64,000 nucleotides of DNA from Styela clava (taxonomy: Eukaryota). The position numbers and the translations under genes are program-made. Location: the NCBI RefSeq assembly GCF_964204865.1, contig NC_135253.1:13144001-13208000 (forward strand). Direction: 5' to 3'. Positions 38,901-49,400 of the stretch are shown piece after piece. A model generated the notes under the pieces. That model saw only the letters and a list, made by a program, of their open reading frames with translations, was not told the origin of the DNA and did not search any database. Position 1 is the stretch's first letter; every line of letters starts with the position of its first letter.

Positions 38901-39762
38901 GTCGCGAAAAAATTGGCCTTGTCATGTGGGTAGTGATGAAAGGGGTTTAAAGAACACTTTAGCCCTTGCGAAAACGATAGACAAGTAGTCTATGATACCA
39001 AAATAACCGCGACTATAGGTAAGAAGTTGTGGACTACGTAAATAAGCACAAAGCGCTATGCCCAATATATAGATATGTCAACTTATCATCAAATTAAAAA
39101 AATTGTCTCATTGCGTTTATTTTCGTTTTACAGAGTGCAGTCCGTTGGGTGTTCGTGTAAACAGCATAAAGTAAGCATAAAACATTTCTTATCGGAGCTA
39201 AACTATCTCGTGGTAGGTATATTGGCTAAGAGGAGTGCTAGGAGATCAAAAACTCGTTTCAAAAATTATAATTCAAGACATTAACTAGTAATAATATGCG
39301 TTTGAAATCTATTCTCAGTGTGTTATTATTATTTTCAAGTGTACGATTTCAAAATAAAAATCAATTAATAAATCTTTCATGTATTTATCGTAACTTCAAT
39401 TTACTAGCGTCATAGATGTACCGAACGTTTAATCTTTTCAATTAATAGTGAATTAAATTAATAACTGATTTAATTTTACAGTCCAGCACATGTCCATACA
39501 AGAATATTAGAGACACTCGAAATAGACGAACTAGAAGAGGCAAGTGAATTTATTTGCACCAATAAATTCAATAAAAACGGAAGCTGACCGACGAAAGAAT
39601 TAAATTTAATATTATTTTGTTTAGCTTATGAAGGAATCTGAAGCCCTTCATCATTTTGGGATAATGCAACCAGAAACAATAGCAGACGGAATTAAATTTC
39701 TTTGCTCATCTCCTCACATTACTGGAATTACACTACCAGTTACTTCGGGTCTTTCAGTATAA
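35994..39762 (+). CDS. Classical SDR oxidoreductase, paralog 6; 8 exons, 247 aa (recent duplicate of paralog 5)
   Basis: Exons 35994-36030, 36794-36924, 37177-37311, 37878-37974, 38248-38358, 39134-39170, 39482-39539, 39625-39762. Exon 7 is 6 nt shorter (in frame); YKMFK; GC donor at 39540. Confidence 0.9.
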
Positions 39763-39780
39763 ATGTATAATGAAAGTTTC

Positions 39781-39887
39781 GGTACTCCTGAAGTATGCGC
39801 ACCAAGATGTCGCAACCTGAACCCTAACCCGGTACACCACCTGGGTTCAGGTTTGCGACATCTTGGTGCGCATACTTCAGGATGTCC
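39781..39887. mobile_element. 107-bp hairpin MITE with 8-bp TSD, just downstream of the SDR6 stop
   Basis: ~44-bp near-perfect TIRs with GG...CC termini; TSD AAAGTTTC at 39773-39780 and 39888-39895; empty site in paralog 5 at ~33060. Confidence 0.9.
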
Positions 39888-41866
39888 AAAGTTTCTTTCT
39901 GTGGTTTGGGAATACATAAAGCTTATTGACATGTTTGTTCGATTGCAAACCAATGGGCAATGAAGTTACAAAATAAACTAGAAATGTACTTGCGGGAACG
40001 ATCGATATTCATTTCTTGATTTACAACATTCAAAAAAATATTCGGTGCGGTAGGCAACCAATCCATGTTTATAGTTACATTTGAAAGCTGGTTGCGCTAT
40101 AGGATTTTGAAATGTAACTAATGTCTGGAAAATACAAAAAAATGAAATAAAGTCAAGTTGAGCGCCTCATTTCACCAAGGTAGATAAATAATGCGACAAA
40201 TACGATAAGAGAAGTACCCGTAACAGACAGCATGTAAGTATATACTTATTGTTAAAATTGTCAAAGTTTTACGACATACAGTCAATCTGCAATTTCGCGT
40301 ATAATTAAATTGTGCAATCACATAAACTTGCTGCAAAATATTAATAAGGTCGAACAACGGAACAGGCGGTATGAGTAGGAAATGAATGCCCGAATTCGAT
40401 TTAAGCCGGAAAACGTTATTTGTAATCGATCTCATTGACGCGGACTACTTTTTTCAAGTGCAAATCAGGTTTGTCATTGAATTGGTAATATTTTTATTCT
40501 GCCTATTCGCAAACGCTGATTTTCTTTATCAAGCGTGGGGTCGTTTCGACCAGTCCAACATTTCATAGCAGAGCAAAGCGAGCTCTTTTAGAGCACTGCC
40601 TGTCAATTCAGAGGAGTTATTAGTATTTTAACAGTCTCGAAAGTAGGTAAGGATTTTTCTGCTCAAGCTGATTTTATGTCCATTTCGATATTTTTATTGT
40701 TTTAAAACAACCAAAACTTTCCAGCCAACTGGAATTTAGTGACATCGGAAGTCCATTCTGCTAGGTCTATCATACATTCATTCATTTGATTAGGATTTTC
40801 GGCAACCTTGTTTCGAAGTCAAGATAAATTGAAAGATTCTGCAGCCTAGTTTGATCTAACTGAAAACGTCATCTTTGGAATCAATTTTTCTGGAGCCAGC
40901 GATTGATTAATTAATTTCACAATCTGTCATACAGAAGCCTATAAACATAAAAAAACAAACATTGATGTGACAAGCGGGTTTCCGACTCTAAACACAGTGT
41001 GAAAACTGTCAATAACAAAACAAATATGCTTGGAATGGCTGAAGCCTCAAAAATACTTGTTCAAACACGTCGCCAAACTTCTGATTCTGACGTCTATTCT
41101 ACAAAAGTTTTATAAACCATGATAAAATCTCCGAGATGATTAGACAAAATATAATTATATTTCTTAGAATAGATATAGGAGAATAATTTGAAGAGTATGT
41201 ACTAGATCTGGAATAAAAATTGCACATATTTTACTTATAAGAAATTAATGATACACTGAGCAATGAGCATGTACCGAAAATAGTTATAACAAAATTTAAA
41301 ACATATTTTTCCATTGCATAAAACGTCAAACTATTCATTTAAAAATATACTTTGAATTTTCCAATGTAGACAAACTTTCTTGACTCAATGTACTATATGG
41401 AATCTTTCTTTGCTCATGGATAATTGTGCCCAGTTTTACCAAAGAGATAAATAAATTATTGGTAAGGGCTTATAAAAGAAATGGAACATGAAAAAATTAG
41501 AAGAGCCATATTTCGTAGATATTCATAGGAATGCTTAGTGATTTCAGATAGGTAAATTTATTATAATAATGAAAAAAAAATTAAAAAAAAAACGCCAATA
41601 ACACTGATAAAATTGATTCTGCAATTAATTCCGTAGAATTGATTTGTCAATTGTCATGCATAAAATAGATAATAATACATACATTATTTTACAATGAAAT
41701 ATCAGAAATATGAGTTTGAGTAACAGAAAATATGGTGAATTACAATCAATCGACTGTGTTCCTTCCGGACAGCCTATTACCCTTCCTGCATTGGTGGTCC
41801 ATGCGCCAATAACGCATGAGACAGAGCTTGTATCATTCGAAAGTAAGTACTGTGTTTCATCTAAAA

Positions 41867-43498
41867 TTAAGAATTAGGGCTTCCATAACCCTCGGAGCTT
41901 GTAAAACTAACTCTGTGTCGTGACATTCCTGAATTAATATCTGTATCACAATTTGATTGTGGGAATATATTTGATTGAATATCCTTCTCGTGTATTACTT
42001 CATCATGTTGACTGGCGTCATTCAAGAATAAAAATTGAGAACGATTCCATTCTTGTTCTTCCCCAGATGCAAGAATGATAAATAGAATTGTGCCAATGAT
42101 GTAAATACCAAATGCAATGAAAAAAACGATTCGCCATTGCTCTCGAGTTTCATTATCTCCTGTTAATTTCTCAACAACAATGGGAGAAACAAATCCAGGT
42201 ATTGTGCCAATTGTATTGGTGATTCCCATAAGTATTCCCGCGTATCTTGAAGCTATATCAATATGATTCGAATTAAATCCATTAAGTGAACATCCATTAA
42301 AAGCAGTAGCAATGCATATGAAAACTATAATTAGCGTGTTATTGCAACCGACATATCCAGCAGCTACTAAGAATATTGCAGAACCAAGAAAACCAATCGA
42401 ATTGAACAGCTTTCTGGCTTGTGTAGTGTTCAATATTCGTTTTTCTCTTAAATAATCACATAGGAATCCTGATATATTGACAGAACTCCACATTACAAAA
42501 TATGGTAATGCTGAAATGATACCACTCGTAGCCATATCGAACCCCAGAACATATTTCAAATACATTGGTAAACATGTAAGAAGAGTATAAAATCCCCAAT
42601 TGCTTGCAACATTAGCACAAACAATTCCCCATACTGGTCGGCTAGTAAAGATATCTTTCCCTGGAATATTGAATTCAATTTGTTCCTGTGGTACTGTGCT
42701 TTCAATGTACTGCAGTTCAGCTGCACTGATTCTGGGATGGTCTCGAGGTTTATTGTGAACCAAGATAAACCATATCACACACCAGAAAACTCCAACTAAA
42801 CCAAATACATAAAAAACTGACGGCCACCCACCCAAAAAATCAGAATTGCATAATATTCCAGATATTGGTTGAGAAACAAATGTTCCAAAAGAACATCCAG
42901 CATATCCCAGAGACACAAGCTTACTTCGTTCCAGGGGTGGAATCCAGACACCCCACATTGCATGCATAGCTGGAAAGGTGATACCCTCACCTAAGCCCTG
43001 GATCACTCTCGTGGCAATCAGGAATGAAAAACTTGTCCTGGCAGCGACAGGTGTTAACAAAGCCAATAGAGAGGTGCACAATACTCCACATCCGAATAAA
43101 TACTTACCCCCGAATTTGCTTGCAAGGATACCACCAATAAACTGGGTACAAATATATCCATAGAAAAATGCTCCCAATACCAGAGCCTTCTCATTGCTTG
43201 TCCAATTAAATTCACCTTCTACGGGTGTAGAATTTGTATGGGAAACAGGACATTCATCAGAAGCATTTCGGGTATCAGATGTGTTAGTCATAGATAGTAA
43301 GGCAACACTGAGATTTACACGAAGAGCATATATATTGAAAAATCCGAAAAATGTTATGTACGCCAAAACATATCTCGCTGAAGTCCATGTTGGTACATTT
43401 AGAGGTCGATCTATTAAATCCTCATGTTTGCCTATTTGTTCTTTCGAATTGTTTATGCTTTCTTCCGATTTCCATCTTACATAGTTCTCAGAATTCAT
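41867..43498 (-). CDS. SLC17A5: Sialin-like MFS anion/sugar-acid:H+ transporter (SLC17 family), 543 aa, single coding exon
   Basis: Continuous ORF with sialin-like motifs SARY..A...FFGF, ALRVNLSVA, GAFFYGYI.TQ..GG.LA.KFGGK, QGLGEGITFPAMHAMW...PPLERSKL, GGWPSVFY and NHIDIA.RYAGILMGITNT. Exact orthology within SLC17 is not proven. Confidence 0.88.
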   Translation of the reverse strand: MNSENYVRWKSEESINNSKEQIGKHEDLIDRPLNVPTWTSARYVLAYITFFGFFNIYALRVNLSVALLSMTNTSDTRNASDECPVSHTNSTPVEGEFNWTSNEKALVLGAFFYGYICTQFIGGILASKFGGKYLFGCGVLCTSLLALLTPVAARTSFSFLIATRVIQGLGEGITFPAMHAMWGVWIPPLERSKLVSLGYAGCSFGTFVSQPISGILCNSDFLGGWPSVFYVFGLVGVFWCVIWFILVHNKPRDHPRISAAELQYIESTVPQEQIEFNIPGKDIFTSRPVWGIVCANVASNWGFYTLLTCLPMYLKYVLGFDMATSGIISALPYFVMWSSVNISGFLCDYLREKRILNTTQARKLFNSIGFLGSAIFLVAAGYVGCNNTLIIVFICIATAFNGCSLNGFNSNHIDIASRYAGILMGITNTIGTIPGFVSPIVVEKLTGDNETREQWRIVFFIAFGIYIIGTILFIILASGEEQEWNRSQFLFLNDASQHDEVIHEKDIQSNIFPQSNCDTDINSGMSRHRVSFTSSEGYGSPNS

Positions 43499-45654
43499 TT
43501 TATCCAGCTATTGTCAATTGAAAACATAACTTTTTTTTGAATGGTTCCATAAGGTCAATAAATAATGGGACATACAGACATATATGTACAAATAAGAAGG
43601 CAAATATAACAGCAGGATCCATCACAAGTATTTTATTAATATAAATAGATATTGTTCCATTGTTTGTCAAGTTGATTTCACAGTATAGGTTTAGTTATTT
43701 ATTTTTAATTATCGAAAAAATAAAAAAAAGAATCATAATGAGTAACAGGTTGTTACAAATACTGTTATTTTGTGTAACAAGTTTCTCTTCTCTGATATAG
43801 TACATTATTGACATTTAAATCAATATTTTGAAATTATATAGAATTTCGTTCCAATCATATCTCATATCTTGCATTACACAATAATAATAAAATAGCATTA
43901 GATTCTGAAATTGAGATATGAGAATCATTGAGAACAGTGATTTATTTTTTTAGAAAAAGTATAGTTGTACACATCTTTTGTGAAAACATAATTTCAAAAT
44001 AGAAGAGATACAAACTCAGATTCCTGCTTACACAACCTGACAACACTCAACATAATATAATCCATAGCCATAAATATAACTTTTTCTTAGTTTCATTTTG
44101 ACTGAATGAAAGTCCCACATTAATTTGTAATTAAATGTTTCATAATATTGGCAATATTTTAAAGTATAGACTATATTTGAGCATGGCCCTTTCAAATTAC
44201 AAAATTACCATTACTGCATTACAAAGAATTTCTTCTGAGTCCCAACCACAATCTCCTCCTTCTCAGGTCTTTCAACTAGCAGTGTATTGATAGTTAATAA
44301 TTAGTATTGATCAAAATTTACACAAATCAACAACTTCCTCTCAAAAGTGTAGGGTAGTTTTCTATTGATTCCTTATTTGCAATCATTGAATATTGTACTC
44401 GCAGATATATTTTTCGTTTTTCAGGACGTCATGATGATCAATTTAAAAGCTGGCTAATTCATCTTAAAGGTGTATACATCAACAAAACTTGCAGACTGAT
44501 GAACCATCCGTGATGAATTCAAACTGATAGCAGTGATCAACAACCTCATTAAACTTGCTTGCCTATAATCCATGACTTTGGAAATCTTACTTGAACCTTT
44601 AATATCCTGTATATTCTCGTAACCAATTTCTCTACCTCTGTATCATACCACCTTAATTAATTTTAATTATAATTACCCGTACTTTTATTGATTAATAGTA
44701 TTTAAAATAATTTGGACGTTAATTTGGGTTCTCTCTGGTGAGTGAAACATGTCTTGCCAACCGTTTCATGCATCCAACTTGGCAATTCTAATTGGGCAAT
44801 TTGGCATTAGGTGACTCCAATCATAATCAGCTTGACATATCTTTTGAGGAATATTTTTCTATCCTAAAAAATTTTTCTATCCTATTTTCTATCATAAAAT
44901 TATTAATTTGGTGTGGCCAAAGAATTCATTCATTTTTTTTTTATTTGTTCGTATATTTTTCTTTACTGAGTAATTGATTTTATGTCACAGTTTTTTCACT
45001 TCCGACCCTATCATGTCTCGATGATTGTAATTGTATGTGTGTGTCTTAATTAGTTTTAATACTTTTGGGTGAGCGAACACGTACTACTTCTTTTATCAAT
45101 AGCCTACCTTCCCACCTTAAATCCGTACGCTTTAAACCTCACATAGTTTTGTTTGCTTTCCCGATTCTATAATCACTTTTATTTGTTTTGTTTTTATCAA
45201 TTATTTTATCGTCTATTCCTGATCATGGAGTCGAAATAAATTTATACTTGAATAAGGAAAAAAAAAACAGTAAGATCTCCACCCATCAAATTACTTTTTA
45301 TCTTACAGTTTTTTCGAGTGGAAACATAAATTTAAATTCTGAAATACCAATGCAACCAATTACCCAAACATGAAAAACATGAAAACAGAGAAAAACACCA
45401 AACCTACACAACAGCACAAAGAGAACGCTGTACAGGGAAGTTTATGCAGAAACATCCTACAGCAGCAAGCAGCAGCATTTCGCATTCCAGCAAAGCAAAT
45501 TAGACTCGTACAAAATTTAATTTGTGAAACTTTATTTTAAAGAGTTTTCCCGCAACAGATTCAAATAATAATTCAAATAACACTAAACGTTGTCAAATGA
45601 TTTTGGTAGTTCGATAGTGGGCGCCAGCGGGCCGACTGTTGGATAAATTACCCT

Positions 45655-45668
45655 GTTGGCATGGTAAC
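45655..45668. promoter_or_regulatory. RFX X-box upstream of AK7
   Basis: GTTGGCATGGTAAC closely matches the RFX palindromic consensus GTTNCCATGGNAAC. It lies ~810 bp upstream of the ATG of a motile-cilia gene, in the divergent SLC17/AK7 interval. Confidence 0.7.
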
Positions 45669-45747
45669 GCAAGCTCAGAGTTGAATCTTGTTCAGCATAA
45701 TGAAGCGACTTGGGTAAACGTATTTTGTTTTTGTTAGTATGTAAATT

Positions 45748-45922
45748 TATTTATTCCCGGGGAGAATAAAGTTAATAAGACGGTTCGATCATATGGCGAA
45801 CCATGTCCTCCTCTGTTCTTGGATGCATGGGCTTGGTGATGGAGGAAGCTGTACCCGACCAGCCTTTATGTGAACCACTAAAATGCGATTCCAGCAGTCC
45901 TCGCGTACATATTTATCCCCCC
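45748..45922 (-). mobile_element. Truncated copy of the same SINE
   Basis: Shares TCCCGGGGAGA..ATAAGAC..CATATGGCGAACCA..GCATGG.CTTGGTG.TGGAGGAAGC.GTA.CCGACCAGC with 50318-50659. Confidence 0.75.
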
Positions 45923-46479
45923 ACCGGACACAGGCAGACGGAATGATATTTTATTTTTATTTTACGAACCCCAATGCTTAGCCTATCTTATCATTTGTAT
46001 ATGCAAATGTCCATTGTTGAAAATAATCAAGTAAGTTATTCAAATAATATATAACTTCATAAATATGTAACTAAATTTCATGGAATTCGAATGTCTAATG
46101 TTTAAATTATAGATTTATTGATATGACAGTTTAATTATAGAACTCAGGATGGTTATTGAGAATTTTACTATCGTACATTACTATACCATATCTTTTTTTA
46201 TACTTATATATCAACAAGCTTGCAATTAATTAAACTCAATGCACCTTTTTTTGGGAATAATGGCATTAGAAAGATATTTTATATTCAAGTGTTCAACATG
46301 GTTTTCAAACAAACTATCATAGGTGTAGAGCCTTTGTTTGCAAATTTATTGCATATTGTTAAGAATTTCAAAAAATAGTTAGTAAACGTTTCACACTTAT
46401 GATCAATGGTAAATTGATACAGAAAAGTTTTCTTTTTTCAAATGTACAGTTCATTTCTTTGATTACACTTTCATAAAAT

Positions 46480-49400
46480 ATGTCTGAAATTGATGCAGCC
46501 GAGGAACCACCAGGTAAAGCAAGAAGTAAAAGAATTTTTATTAATCATGTTGACTCCTATTCTGGACACAACATAGGCAAGGTAAAAATATTATCCAGAA
46601 GAATGTTGTGCTCATATCTTTGTACTATTCAATTTATAGTTGATAGTTATATAACTAACTATATTTTGCTTTTATAAAATTTAACATCTTCAGTTGTATA
46701 TTTATGTTCCTTTTTATCATTCTTTAATAAATATTTTCTTTGTAAATAAGAGAAGTTTTCATGAAAAGCAAAAAATTATAATATTTTATATAAAATAACA
46801 ATAATTGATAATAATTTAATACATTTGAATATATTTGAAACAGATTTAATACAGTGCATAAGAACACAAATCTTAATTAAGATGATTCAAGAGAATAAAT
46901 ATTTTTTAATTTTCCAATACTGGAGCCAGGTGTGGCCAATATGAACAATTCCTCATTAAATCTGAAATATTCTCAGCGAATATAAAGTATCAAACTTATT
47001 CAAAAATGTGTGTTCAACAGAGAAGTTAATGTAGAATATTCAATGATTTTGAATGTAGAAAAGTTGCAACAAACATTTGATTTGATTGGTTTCCTACTTT
47101 TTAGTTTTCATAAATCACATAAACTTTTTAAGGTCATAATGTAAAACTTTAATTGCTTCAAATGATCATTTTTTTCAAGTACCGGTAAATCTATTATAAA
47201 TTAGGCTACTCCTATAATCAAGAATTTAAATCGTTGATTAGTTTTGGACATGTCGAATGAAGCAAAATTCTGCTTTCAAATTGACATATATAGGGTATCC
47301 TTTAACAATCAATCAACAAATATTACTTCATTTTAGTATCTTTCACAATGCATTGTGGGAGCATCACTAGAGGACATGGAGGAAGAGGAAGATGGAGATG
47401 CAGGATCTGTTCATTCTGCAGGAGATGAAGCTTCACATAAGGAGGGATCTTATCGAATAATTGGAACTCTCAAAGATCAAAATGCAAAAGCTCCTGATTT
47501 TGTTACTCAAGTTGTCAATGTATGTGACGTTTGCTTTTGTTTAATTGCTATTTGTACTGTATTTCATAAGAGAGATAATTACCATTGTCAATTATAGAAG
47601 TGACAATCTAAGTTACAACAGAAAGATTGATGATACTAGGCAAAATCTGACTATCTGCATAAAATATTGAAATACGTATACTTGTTGACATTCATTGATT
47701 TCACACCAGTATTATATGCCATCGTTACTTTATTATTCAGTTATATTGCTATTTTATATATCATGAGATGCAATATCATTTTATTTGGAATATTGAATAT
47801 TGAAAGATTGAACAGCATCAATAATTAATTCGATTGACTAAATATAATCTTCAAAAATTATTTCATACTTCAGAATAAGTTGTTTGTTTTATCAAATTTA
47901 CAGCTTAAAATAATGACCATATAAATCCAACCTAATATGTAAATTTCTAAAAACCTAGAAAATTAAACATTGTATTACTCCTATTCTAACAAATATCATT
48001 TCAATTTCAGTTTAACACAAGAGAAGAACTTCTTGAACATTTGTTGGAATGCGACATCATTATTTACAATACCAATGAAGATTTTGATGTAATTGATGAA
48101 GCTGTTTGGTCAGTTTCATCTCTACATACAGAGATTGAACATTTTGATGGACCAAAAACCTTCATCCTACTTTCTACTGTGATGACTTGGGCAAAGAGCA
48201 AGCCTTTGGATCCTGTAATTATTTTTTTCTCTTTTTTTTTGTTTCAGTGATTAAAAATTCTATGGTAATGTTTCATTTTGTTGTTATGCAGTAGTGTAGC
48301 ATTTTAAAAAAGTATCACAATTGGGGTGAACGAAATTACCGGACTCAGTATCTTAATAATCCTATCCAATGAACTAATTACATTGAAATTATAGTTACCG
48401 GTATATTTTTGACTGATTACAAAACATTAAATTTTGTGGTCACATCAACACGAAATAGTAAAATAATAACAGACTTTTAAAGCAAGAATATTGGGACATT
48501 AAACTAAGCAAAGAACTAGACTTAGAATTGAGTTTTGAATCATGATAAGCCAACCAGTTCAACTATGTAATTGGAATAACTGGGTCTTGAATCTGAAATA
48601 TATAATCTGCTTTTATCAAACTATTTCAATCAATGAATCTAATTCGGTCAAAGTATTAGTTCCAATGGGATTTTTTAATGCATGGAATTAATTTGTCAAA
48701 ACCAAGTTATTATCATTTATGATTATCTGTTATCTTTTAGGATGATCCTGAGATTCCATTCACTGAAGATGATTACAGAAGAAGAAAGGCTCATCCTAAT
48801 TTCAAGGAACATATCAGCGCTGAAAAGATGGTCATAAAATTTGGAAAGACGGTAATGTTTCTTGTTGTATTGCTTCTCTTGAGCATGACGTTAGTTAGAG
48901 CTCGAAATTCATGTATTTCGTCAATACCTTCTTCATAGAACCTCCCGTTTTCTCCAAAATTTTAGTTCTCAAATTGTGTTTTATTAATTTATACTTCCGA
49001 ATTGTCTAAAGTTGTTTGGCGTCATCTGCTGCTAAACCCAGCAGAAATGGTGTCGCTGACTCGATGACTTTGATGGTTTTTCGCGGCCCCTCGTCCCTTG
49101 CAGTTTAAATTATGTACCTTTTTTCAATAAATTTATCTATTTTTCTGTTAAAATATACAACGTTTTTTGCGCGACAAAAATAGATAACTGAATCCTGAAC
49201 AATTGTTTTTAGCTATTTACTCCAATCTAAAAGCCACTTTTTTTTTAACTTTTATACAGCTTTTCACTATGAATAAGTCTCTTTACAATTTTTCTTTATT
49301 TTTCAATTCTTCATTACAGAACAAACAAAAATTTACAACATATGTAATTGCAGCTGGCTTGACTTATGGAATGGGAGAAAATGTCTTTCATTTTCTATTC

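Larger units (their letters stand above)
24782..40498 (+). repeat. Tandem segmental duplication: unit A ~24782-34185, unit B ~34197-40498
   Basis: Colinear, highly similar intergenic and intronic sequence. Both units begin AAACGTTTTTTT..GAAAATACAGTACTTC and end GTCATTGAATTGGTAATATTTTTAT. Confidence 0.9.

Noticed and set aside
39714-39963. Mirror-image ORFs on both strands (PEVCAPRCR)
   Set aside because: Artefact of the palindromic MITE.
44431-44500. C/D-box snoRNA-like ATGATGA...CTGA
   Set aside because: Weak terminal stem, no recognisable guide, and no host intron on that strand.
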